Assembly (NCBI GenBank): GCA_963817915.1
Contig: CAWFQL010000011.1
Location: forward strand, 192,001-256,000
Source of the DNA: an uncultured candidate division Zixibacteria bacterium
GTDB lineage: Bacteria; Zixibacteria; MSB-5A5; UBA10806
Direction of reading: 5' to 3'
Length of the DNA: 64,000 bases
The position numbers and the translations under genes were made by a program. Under the pieces are notes generated by a model, which saw only the letters and a list, made by a program, of their open reading frames with translations, was not told the DNA's origin and made no database searches. Within the stretch, counting starts at the first letter, position 1. Every line of letters starts with the position of its first letter. Of the stretch, positions 48,657-57,803 are shown piece after piece.

Positions 48657-50388
48657 ATGAGATTGGCAACCGAACAGATTCAAGTGCCGGATATTGACGG
48701 CAATTTAGCCTTATTTTTTAAGCTAAATGATCAATATAAAATACAGGGGCTTCACGGCCATGAAATCCGTTTCGCTGGCAAGATTGCCGATGGTGAAAAT
48801 ACCAATGTCCCCGATATCCTGCCGATGCATTCTCAGGATGTAATCGAAGCCCTGAAGCAGGCATTCGCGGGAAAATCATCAAAAGTACGGTATAGCCTCA
48901 AAGCGCAGAATGAAATATATCATTGCGAGCTCCATTGTTTTCCCGATTTCGGTACCGACAACAAAGTGATAAATTGCTTTCTTACCGATAGAACAATCGA
49001 AGAAAATAATTCAGCCGGCCTGCAGAGGAAAATATATGAACTCGATATGATTAATCAGGCCGTGCGGGCGTTTGCCGAGACAAGGAATCTTTCCGATATC
49101 TTGCGAATAATCCTGCTTGGAGTAACTGCCGGTTCGGGGCTTGGCTTCAATCGCGGATTCATACTTCTTTCAAATGAAAACGGATCCAATCTAAGGGGAT
49201 GCCTGGCAACCGGTCCGTCAACTCCGGAAGAGGCTGGAATTATCTGGCAAAATCTTTCAAAAAATCCGCTGACGCTCGAAGAAGTGCTTCGTCTTGTACA
49301 AAGCCGGAGGCGACGATATCGAAGATATCCAGGTCAACAGGCTGGTAGCTTCGCTAAGGATTTCGCTTGAGGACGACGCGAATTTTATAGTCAACGCTGT
49401 CAAAGAGAAAAAATCAATTGTCGCGGGACCTGAAGTAATGCTCGGTGTTGCCAACGACGAAATACGAAAGAAATTCGGCGTGGAATATATGGCGGTCGTG
49501 CCGTTAATCTCGAGAGAGACTCTCCAGGGCGTGATTTTGGCTGATAATCTTATTACGAAAAAGCCTATAACCTCGAATGATATCAAAATATTGGAAATTT
49601 TCGCGAGGTATGCATCGGATGCCATCGAGAATTCGCGCCTTTACGGCAGACTCGAACAGCAGATTTCACGCCTAAAGGAAGCCAATGAAAAAATAATTCA
49701 ATCAAGAGAGAATCTGATTAAAGCTGAAAAATTGTCGAGTGTTGCCAAAATGGCTCTTGATGTAGCCCATGAAATCAGAAATCCCCTGACCGTGATTGGC
49801 GGATTCGCGAACAATCATCTAAGGAAAATCGGGCCTGAAGATGCTTCCAGAAAAATCTGCGAAATTATCTCCAAGCAAGCCACCAGAATCGAAAATGCGC
49901 TCGATCGATTTTCCAGCGTTGTCCAACTCAGCGAAAAGAAGGAGGGACGATTCAACCTGGCTAATCTGCTTAAAGAAATAATCGCAATGGTCTCACCCGG
50001 AGAAAATCAGGAAATTCCGAAGCTTATTATAAATTCCGACGCTGAGCCGATCGATATTTTTATCGACCAGGGATTATTCAATCAGGCGTTGATGGTAATC
50101 CTAAGAAACGCCGCCGAAATCGCCGGGGGTATCGGCAAAATCAGGATTCGCCTTGAAAGAGCCGAGAAATCAGGGCTGATATTTATCGAAAGCGCTGATT
50201 ATCATACAAAATTTGCCGAAGAGTTCTATAGGGTTGTTCGAATTGGCAGGGGAGAGATGAAATATCAGGAGATGGCCGTATCTCTGGAGATTCTCCAGTA
50301 TTACGGCGGCGGGATTGGGATGCTTTCCAATGATCAAGAGCGAGCCCGCGTCTATGTCGATATACCGCTTTATAAGGAGGTAAAATGA
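48657..50388 (+). CDS. GAF sensor pseudo-histidine kinase, one extra base near 49293
   Basis: GLGFNRG GAF in ORF 48657-49370 continues as LYKAGG in ORF 49294-50388; AHEIRNPL intact; G1/G2 boxes absent. Confidence 0.72.
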
Positions 50389-50741
50389 AAAGTATTCTCA
50401 TTGTCGATGACGAAGAAGATATTCGTTCTCTGTATGAAAACGAATTGTGCGGTGAAGGCTATACCACTATTTCGGCCTGTTCCGGCGAGGAAGCACTGCA
50501 GGTAATTGATAAGACGCCTAATGTTGATCTTGTGATTCTCGATATTAAAATGGCACAGCTCGATGGACTTCAAGTGCTCGAGCAATTGCGCTGTAAATCG
50601 GCCAATATCCCGATAATATTGAATTCAGCCTATTCCACTTACAAAAATAACTTCAGCTCATGGCTGGCCGATGCCTATTTAGTAAAATCATCAGATCTCT
50701 CTGAGCTCAAAAACAAGGTAAAGGAGCTTTTGTCATTTTGA
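50385..50741 (+). CDS. Single-domain response regulator
   Basis: IVDDE, LDIKM, NSAY, ADAYLVKSS. Confidence 0.88.
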   Translation: MKSILIVDDEEDIRSLYENELCGEGYTTISACSGEEALQVIDKTPNVDLVILDIKMAQLDGLQVLEQLRCKSANIPIILNSAYSTYKNNFSSWLADAYLVKSSDLSELKNKVKELLSF

Positions 50742-51106
50742 AGATCGGCGAAGAAAAAGAAAGCAACGCATTACTCAAGCGAATCGAAAGCGTATCGAGC
50801 GAGATACAGCTTCTGGCATTGAATATCGCTGTCGCCGCCGCAAAGTTGGCGCATGAACGTGAACTGGGATTCGAAGTTAATCAAAAATTATCTCAATTGG
50901 TCAATCAGGCGACTCATGCGGTCAGGCAGTTGAATCAGGTGCTTAAGGCTGCCAAGACTGATATTAAAGTCGATGAAGAGGCCGATGGTGCCAACTCGAT
51001 TATGCTGGAAGATTCCCTGATGGAAAATATTGAAAACGCCATGAATATGATAATCGAAGACTCGGAAAGAATCACAAAACTGCTATCAGAAATAAAAAAG
51101 AAGTAA
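50738..51106 (+). CDS. Small soluble protein resembling a degenerate chemoreceptor signalling hairpin
   Basis: IESVSSEIQLLALNIAVAAAK..E.GFEV vs MCP tip I..IA.QTNLLALNAAIEAARAGE.G.GFAV. Confidence 0.6.
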   Translation: MKIGEEKESNALLKRIESVSSEIQLLALNIAVAAAKLAHERELGFEVNQKLSQLVNQATHAVRQLNQVLKAAKTDIKVDEEADGANSIMLEDSLMENIENAMNMIIEDSERITKLLSEIKKK

Positions 51107-51111
51107 GAATT

Positions 51112-51519
51112 ATGAATAAGATTACAATTTTGGTCGTCGAGGATGAAAAGGATGTCAGGAATATCCTGACCGAAATTGTTTCTATGCTCGGATATAATTA
51201 TGATATGGCTTCCGATGGAATCGAGGCCTGGTACAAGATCCAGAATAGCGGCTATGATCTTATTATTACGGATTTCGGCTTACCTCATATGGACGGGCTC
51301 GAGCTTGTAGGCAAAGTACGAAATTCCGGTATTAAAACACCGGTGATTTTGATGGCAGGCATCGATATGAAATGCAAAAAGAAGGACCTGGGCCGGTTTG
51401 CCGATTGCGTATATATCGAAAAGCCGTTTACGATTGATGATATTAAGTCAATTATCAATAAATTCATAAATAGTGATTGCAACACAAACAAAAACCCGAG
51501 GTCTGATTGCCACAAATAA
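51112..51519 (+). CDS. Single-domain response regulator
   Basis: VVEDE, TDFGLPHMDG, KPF; the conserved T/S is replaced by A (LMAG). Confidence 0.85.
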   Translation: MNKITILVVEDEKDVRNILTEIVSMLGYNYDMASDGIEAWYKIQNSGYDLIITDFGLPHMDGLELVGKVRNSGIKTPVILMAGIDMKCKKKDLGRFADCVYIEKPFTIDDIKSIINKFINSDCNTNKNPRSDCHK

Positions 51520-51588
51520 ATATGCCATCGGAATGGAAGACCCAAATTAATTGCCTGCGCTCGGGACTGTAAAAAAGAGGCAAATAAC

Positions 51589-52005
51589 ATGAAAGAGTAC
51601 GTGAAAATTTTAGTCGTAGATGACGAAGCGATAATGAGGAATTTGCTCCTCAAAATTCTTGAAAAAGAAGGATACCCGGTAACGGTCGTATCATCCGCGC
51701 AGGAAGCTCTTGATATTCTCTCTAAGGAGAAATTTGAGCTGTTGCTTTCAGATATAAGGATGCCGGGAATGGATGGATTCGAGTTATTGAAAAGATCCAA
51801 GAGCCAATGGCCAGACATGGCTGTCATAATGATGACCGCATATGGCGATGCCTATACAGTCAAGGAAGCCCTGATCAATGGCGCCGATGAATATGTCAGC
51901 AAGCCATTCAAAAATCACGAAATCTCTTTGATAATTGAACGAGCCTACTGGCGTCTTCAATCCTCAAGGACATCACCGGAGAGTCAAAAAAAAGAACCTG
52001 TTTGA
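51589..52005 (+). CDS. Single-domain response regulator
   Basis: VVDDE, SDIRMPGMDG, MTAY, KPF. Confidence 0.9.
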   Translation: MKEYVKILVVDDEAIMRNLLLKILEKEGYPVTVVSSAQEALDILSKEKFELLLSDIRMPGMDGFELLKRSKSQWPDMAVIMMTAYGDAYTVKEALINGADEYVSKPFKNHEISLIIERAYWRLQSSRTSPESQKKEPV

Positions 52006-52032
52006 TTGACTAGTCAAGCAATCATTTCATTG

Positions 52033-52072
52033 ATGGCCAGAATAATCGCCGATTGTTCTGGCCATTTTATTT
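52033..52072 (+). terminator. Intrinsic terminator
   Basis: ATGGCCAGAATAATC-GCC-GATTGTTCTGGCCAT followed by TTTATTT. Confidence 0.7.
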
Positions 52073-52301
52073 CTATTCATGATTACTTTTCGAAAATACT
52101 ACCGCACGCAAATAAGAAAAATATTCTTTCATTGAAGAAATAATTTCCGCATTGCTATTCCAAACCGAAAAGAAGAAATTCCCCGGGGCTTCACGAGCAG
52201 CTTTAATAGTGTGTCGCAACGTGTTGATAGATAGGGCGATATCGGACAGGCGGGTTCGGTCGTAAAATAAAAATTCCGACATTGCTCAGGCAAAACTATC
52301 G

Positions 52302-52317
52302 AGGCACGGGAATTGCT
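52302..52317 (+). promoter_or_regulatory. sigma54 promoter of flgF operon
   Basis: AGGCACGGGAATTGCT (GG-N10-GC). Confidence 0.8.
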
Positions 52318-52358
52318 CTATCCCAGTTAAGCTATAGTCATTTGGAGGAGGACAGCCA

Positions 52359-53087
52359 ATGATAAAAGGAATCTACAACTCGGCCTCGGGAATGTTACCG
52401 AGGATATTAAAACAAGAAATCTACGCCAATAATATGGCCAATGTTAATACGCCCGGTTTTAAGAAAGACGATGTTTTCCTAAAGACCTTGAGTGATGCGC
52501 AAAAGGGCGATATCATCACAGATTTTCCGTGGGAGACTCCGATGGCTGATGAAGTCTATATCGACTACCAGCAGGGGAGCCTCGAAAAAACCGATGGTGA
52601 AAATGACCTCGCAATCGAGGGCAATGGCTTTTTCGCGGTTGAAACTCAAAAGGGAACAAGATACACTCGCGGCGGAGAATTCTCGATATCATCGCAAGGT
52701 GTCTTAATCGATGGTCAGGGGAATCCGGTTTTGTCAGATTCCGGCCCGGTATTTATTCTGGGTGAGAGAATGGATGTCGGCCAGGACGGGACAATCTCAG
52801 TCGATGGTTCGGTTATAGGGAAGATCAAAGTTGTCGATTTCGACAAGCCATATAAACTCAAGAAAACGGACAATGGCTATTTTATACCTTCCGATCCTAC
52901 GGCGGCAGAGAAGCCATCGCAAGACGCGCAGGTAAGGCAGGGGTATCTGGAAAAATCGAATATAAATATAGTCGAAGTCATGGTTGATATGCTTGCCTCA
53001 TTCAGATCGTATGAGGCCAGTCAAAAAGCGATTCAAACACAAGACGAGACATTGGATAAAGCCGTTAACGATTTAGGTAGAATATAG
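52359..53087 (+). CDS. flgF: Rod protein FlgF
   Basis: [27 protein letters not shown]; precedes flgG. Confidence 0.9.
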   Translation: MIKGIYNSASGMLPRILKQEIYANNMANVNTPGFKKDDVFLKTLSDAQKGDIITDFPWETPMADEVYIDYQQGSLEKTDGENDLAIEGNGFFAVETQKGTRYTRGGEFSISSQGVLIDGQGNPVLSDSGPVFILGERMDVGQDGTISVDGSVIGKIKVVDFDKPYKLKKTDNGYFIPSDPTAAEKPSQDAQVRQGYLEKSNINIVEVMVDMLASFRSYEASQKAIQTQDETLDKAVNDLGRI

Positions 53088-53101
53088 TCAGGGGGATTTA
53101 A

Positions 53102-53890
53102 ATGATTAAAGCGATGCGAACAGCGGCCTCGGGAATGGTCGCGCAGCAAATGAATGTCGATACTATCGCGAACAACCTCGCGAATGTTAATACTACCGGA
53201 TATAAGAAGAACAAAGTCGAATTTCAGGATGTCTTATATACGCAGCTTCGCGCGCCGGGAGCAGCTTCGGCGGCAGGGTCTCAAACACCCTTGGGCCTTG
53301 AAGTCGGTTACGGTACAAGGCCAGTCGCGACCCAAAGATTTTTTACCGAGGGCAATTTACAGCAGACCGGCAACCCGCTCGATGTAGCAATCGAAGGGAA
53401 CGGTTTTTTCCAGGTGTTGCTTCCGAATGGCACCCTGGCATACACCCGCGATGGTTCATTCAAGATGTCTGCCGATGGTCAGGTCGTGACATCGGATGGA
53501 TTTTTCCTTCAGCCGTCAGTCACAATTCCGCCGGATTCCGATGATATTTCAGTCAGCCCCGATGGTATGATAAGTGTCAGAGTCGCGGGCGACCCTACTC
53601 CTCAAGAGATAGGTCAAATAGAGATGGCCAAGTTTATAAATCCCACAGGCTTAGAAGCCATCGGACACAACCTCTTTATCGAAAGCCCGGCCTCGGGAAA
53701 TGCCACACTCGGCACTCCGACCCAGAATGGTTTCGGAAGGGCGAATCAGGGCTATCTTGAAATGTCCAATGTCGAAATAGTCGAAGAAATGGTGAATATG
53801 ATTATCGCTCAAAGAGCATACGAAATTAACTCCAAGGCAATCCAGACATCGGAAGAGATGACGCAAATTGCCAACAACTTGAAGAAGTAA
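53102..53890 (+). CDS. flgG: Distal rod protein FlgG
   Basis: AASGM.AQQ..D.IANNLANVNTTG, FQDVLY, QRAYEINSK. Confidence 0.96.
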   Translation: MIKAMRTAASGMVAQQMNVDTIANNLANVNTTGYKKNKVEFQDVLYTQLRAPGAASAAGSQTPLGLEVGYGTRPVATQRFFTEGNLQQTGNPLDVAIEGNGFFQVLLPNGTLAYTRDGSFKMSADGQVVTSDGFFLQPSVTIPPDSDDISVSPDGMISVRVAGDPTPQEIGQIEMAKFINPTGLEAIGHNLFIESPASGNATLGTPTQNGFGRANQGYLEMSNVEIVEEMVNMIIAQRAYEINSKAIQTSEEMTQIANNLKK

Positions 53891-53891
53891 A

Positions 53892-54566
53892 ATGAGAATA
53901 TTTTTGCTGCCTTTCATTATTATCGCGCTCAATAACGCTGATATTGAAAAGACAATACTATCTAATCTGAATCAGCGGTTTCCATTGACCAACGCTCAAT
54001 ACGTCTGCGATTTTTCGCGGCTAAACCTAACCAATATGCCGGTTTCCGATAGCGTGGCGATCGACGGTTATGGAAAAGATAAGCCTAAGGGGCTGGTCGT
54101 GATTCGGCTCTCATTCTTTAGAAATGGTGAAAGGGTTTTTAAAACTGCAGGTACTGTTAATGTCGGTATCTTAAAGAAAGTCATGTCAGCCGCGATGCCG
54201 ATTAAAGGCGGAGAAAAATTAACAACCGATAAAATCATTTTCGAGACCAGGGATGTCTCTTCGTTGAATGACGCCTCCTTGGATTCCCTGCCACAGCTCG
54301 ATGGCAAAATCGCCGCGAAATTTATTCAATCAGGCGCAACACTTACGGCATCGATGCTGGCCTCACCGCCACTGGTAAATCCCGGTGATCAGGTGGAGAT
54401 TCAATTCAGTAATGGCGACATCACGCTCAGAACCCGCGGGATTGTTAAAGATAAGGGTTCATCGGGAAGCAGGGTTAGAGTAATGAATGTAGATACCAGA
54501 AAAGTAATCAGAGCAACTGTGATAGACAAAGGATTAGTAGCCATAAATAATAAGGAGGGGGAATGA
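53892..54566 (+). CDS. flgA: P-ring formation chaperone FlgA
   Basis: SAF-like region; LVNPGDQV..G..VRVMN..RKVI; between flgG and flgH. Confidence 0.85.
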   Translation: MRIFLLPFIIIALNNADIEKTILSNLNQRFPLTNAQYVCDFSRLNLTNMPVSDSVAIDGYGKDKPKGLVVIRLSFFRNGERVFKTAGTVNVGILKKVMSAAMPIKGGEKLTTDKIIFETRDVSSLNDASLDSLPQLDGKIAAKFIQSGATLTASMLASPPLVNPGDQVEIQFSNGDITLRTRGIVKDKGSSGSRVRVMNVDTRKVIRATVIDKGLVAINNKEGE

Positions 54567-55147
54567 AATTGAGAATTTTTCTTTCGATAATGGCATTCCT
54601 GCTGATTGTTCCCAAAGTAAATTCCGCGAATTTCGAGGAAGCAAAAAGCAAATCGCTATTTACGGATATCAAGGCTTGTAAAGTTGGCGACTTGGTAACC
54701 GTGCTGATAGTAGAAGATGCCCGCGCCAGTAATAAGGCTAAGGCGACCACCAAAAAAGACAACAAAATCGAAGCCACCGGCGGGCCCGGCGCGGGATTTC
54801 TTGATTTTATCCCAATGTGGGGAATCTCCGGCGAAAACAAAAATGAATACAATGGCGAAGGCGGTCTGGAAAAGGCTGGAAGTGTTCGCGCCAAGATGAC
54901 TGTCAGTGTGATTGCTGTCAAAGATAATGGTGATCTCGCTATCGAAGGTAACCGCCTCATGAATATCAACTCCGACAAGGAGACGCTCTATCTATCAGGG
55001 GTTGTACGGCAAAAAGATATCTCAGCCGCAAATACGATATTCTCCTATCAAATCGGCGATGCTCAAGTGTCATTCAAAGGAAAAGGGCAGACCCATGACG
55101 GCGCTCGCCCGGGATTTTTCGCAAGAATTTTAAACTGGATATTCTAA
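54563..55147 (+). CDS. flgH: L-ring protein FlgH
   Basis: SLFTD.KA.KVGDLVTV, L.IEG, LSGVVR.KDI..N. Confidence 0.9.
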   Translation: MKLRIFLSIMAFLLIVPKVNSANFEEAKSKSLFTDIKACKVGDLVTVLIVEDARASNKAKATTKKDNKIEATGGPGAGFLDFIPMWGISGENKNEYNGEGGLEKAGSVRAKMTVSVIAVKDNGDLAIEGNRLMNINSDKETLYLSGVVRQKDISAANTIFSYQIGDAQVSFKGKGQTHDGARPGFFARILNWIF

Positions 55148-55149
55148 TT

Positions 55150-56265
55150 ATGAGAAAATCAACGTTAATAGTTCTGCTAATCGCAATGTGTTCGATCTAT
55201 CTGATGCCGACCGCAATTCCAAGCGATGTCCGTATCAAGGATATAGTCTCATTTCAGCTTGATAATGATATCCAGCTTATTGGATATGGCCTGATTGTCG
55301 GACTTGACGGCACCGGCGATTCCAAGAGCACAAGGTTTACTATTCAATCATTGACGAACATGATGCAACGGATGGGCATGACAGTTTCGCCGGACGAGGT
55401 GAAAGTCAAGAACGTGGCGGCCGTAATGATAACAGCCACGTTATCACCATACGCCAAAATCGGATCAAAAATAGATATCACGGTGTCATCGATGGGTGAT
55501 GCTTCGTCGCTTCAAGGGGGAGTTCTGTTAGTTACACCGTTATCCGGTCTCGACGGTCAGGTTTACGCGACCGCGCAGGGACCGGTATCGATTGGCGGAT
55601 TTAATGTACAATCAGGCGGGGGAGATAAGATTACGGAAAATTACGCGTTGGTAGGGCGAATCCCCAATGGCGCGATAATCGAAAAGCAAAAAGAGACAAT
55701 AGCCAATATGGAATTCCTCAACGCCCGGCTTATCAACCCTGACTTTACTACCAGTCAACGTATCGCGGACAAAATCAATAAAACTGCCGGCGAGGGCGCT
55801 GCTCGCGCAATCGATGAAGCCAATGTTCAGATTAAATTGCCTGATAAATACAAGGTTTCCGGAGGAGTAGTTGATTTTATCTCCTCAATAGAAGCAATGG
55901 AAATTGTCCCGGATGCCGTCGCGAAGGTCGTAATCAACGAAAAGACCGGCACAATTGTCGCCGGAGAGAATGTGACATTATCAGCTGTCGCCTTAGCGCA
56001 TGGCAATCTTAAGATAGAAATCAAAGCCACACCGCAGGTTTCTCAGCCTGAACCGTTCTCTCAAGGAAAAACAGTGCTGACCCGCGATTCCGAAATATCG
56101 GCGTTCGCAGAGCCAGCGCGCATAATAAGTATGAAGGAACGGACAAGTATCGGAGATCTGGCAACAGCGCTAAATGAAATCGGCGCGACACCAAGAGATA
56201 TCATCGCGATCTTTCAAGCGTTAAAAGTCGCTGGAGCATTAAGAGCGGAACTGGTGATAATGTAA
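55150..56265 (+). CDS. flgI: P-ring protein FlgI
   Basis: RIKDI, LIGYGLIVGLDGTGD, KNVAAVM, QALK.AGAL.AEL. Confidence 0.97.
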   Translation: MRKSTLIVLLIAMCSIYLMPTAIPSDVRIKDIVSFQLDNDIQLIGYGLIVGLDGTGDSKSTRFTIQSLTNMMQRMGMTVSPDEVKVKNVAAVMITATLSPYAKIGSKIDITVSSMGDASSLQGGVLLVTPLSGLDGQVYATAQGPVSIGGFNVQSGGGDKITENYALVGRIPNGAIIEKQKETIANMEFLNARLINPDFTTSQRIADKINKTAGEGAARAIDEANVQIKLPDKYKVSGGVVDFISSIEAMEIVPDAVAKVVINEKTGTIVAGENVTLSAVALAHGNLKIEIKATPQVSQPEPFSQGKTVLTRDSEISAFAEPARIISMKERTSIGDLATALNEIGATPRDIIAIFQALKVAGALRAELVIM

Positions 56266-57277
56266 TGAAAATCCAAACGAGCCATCTTACGATTCAAAGC
56301 AAGAAGACGCCGCCTAAGGCTGTGGCGCCAAAACCCGCAAGTCCGACTAATCCCGAGTTGATCAAACTCAAAAAGGCCTGCAAGAATTTCGAATCGATCT
56401 TCATTTCATATGTTCTGAAAAATATGAGGAAGGGCACCGAAGAGTCCGGCTTTTCGGCGATGGATTAGGCTCGAAGCTCTATACTGAAATGTTTGATGAG
56501 AAACTGGCCGACCAGATGGCGGAAACCGGCCAACTTAAAATAGGGGATATTCTTTATAAACAATATGAATCATTGATTACGGGCCAGAAAAATGCGCCGC
56601 AGAATAATGAACTTGACTGCAAGCCTGAAATTGGTGAATCATCGATACCTCTTTCGCGAAAGATTCACAATGAAAAATCGCCGATTCCTCTAAAAGTGAA
56701 TCAGGAAAAAATCGCGAGTCCAGCTGTAGCGACTCCAATAGCACTTAAGGCCGATGTCCCCGTCTTCGCGAAAAAGGCGGAAGTTAAACCCGATAACACG
56801 AAAGTTGCGGCTATCAAGAGCGATATTTCTTCCAAGAAGAATGATGGTCACGAAGATAATAAAAAATCAAATGGTGTTCTTGCGGGATTTGAGAAAATTA
56901 TTGAATCAGCCGCCAAAAAATTCGAATTAAGCCCGGAATTGATCAAGGCAGTTATTCATCATGAGTCAGGCGGCAACCCTCAAGCGGAATCCAGTCATGG
57001 CGCCAAGGGTCTGATGCAATTAATAGATTCGACATCGACCATGATGGGGGTTGTCGATCCCTTTAATCCTATCGAAAACATCATGGGCGGAGCAAAATAT
57101 CTTGCGATGCTTATGAAAAAGTTCGGCGGCGATATGGAAAAAGCGCTGGCATCCTATAATGCCGGACCGGGCGCCGTAGAAAAATATGGTGGTATTCCAC
57201 CTTACCCCGAGACGCAAAATTATGTCCAAAAGGTCCTGGGGACGTTTAAAAGTGCAACAAATGATAATAAAAAGTAA
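56265..57277 (+). CDS. flgJ: FlgJ: rod-binding domain fused to an SLT lytic transglycosylase; one base missing in the T run at 56451-56454
   Basis: LKKACKNFESIFI..LK.MRK, then after restoring a T: GFFGDGLGSKLYTEMFDEKLA; C-terminal IHHESGG, GAKGLMQL, ALASYNAG, ETQNYV. Confidence 0.82.
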
Positions 57278-57291
57278 TATTTAGCCGATAG
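57265..57291 (+). promoter_or_regulatory. Probable sigma28 promoter of flgN-flgK
   Basis: TAAT-N15-GCCGATAG. Confidence 0.55.
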
Positions 57292-57296
57292 AAGTA

Positions 57297-57803
57297 ATGA
57301 TGCAAAATGAACTAAATGAATTAATTAAGATTCTCAGCGCTGAACATAAGATATATCAGGATTATCTTCAGTGCCTGATCGAACAGCAGGAATTCCTTAT
57401 CCAGAGCGACCTTAAGGGTATCAAGACCTCGATTGATAAAATTTCAGTTCTCGCGCAAAAAGCGATGAATATGGAGAATGGCCGCCGTACAGTTATTTCG
57501 AGGCTTTCAGCAAAATTGGGCATGAATCCGCACGACGTGACTGTCAGCAAAATTCTTCAGCAATTTGAGGGCCCTCGATTCGAGGAATTGGATAAACTCA
57601 AGGATAAGATTTTGGACACATATTCAAAGGTGATCAATCAGAAAACTCGCAATGAGCTTTTGATAGATCAATCGATGAATATAATCCAGCAAACAATGCA
57701 GATTATTAACGACGTGGAAAATCCCCAGCCGACTTATGATAATCCGGCAGCGTTCAGAAATGGGGCCAATAATATCAAGACAATTGTTTCAAGGACGGCT
57801 TAA
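57297..57803 (+). CDS. flgN: Export chaperone FlgN
   Basis: Helical protein before flgK; N.LLI.QS..TY near the C-terminus. Confidence 0.8.
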   Translation: MMQNELNELIKILSAEHKIYQDYLQCLIEQQEFLIQSDLKGIKTSIDKISVLAQKAMNMENGRRTVISRLSAKLGMNPHDVTVSKILQQFEGPRFEELDKLKDKILDTYSKVINQKTRNELLIDQSMNIIQQTMQIINDVENPQPTYDNPAAFRNGANNIKTIVSRTA

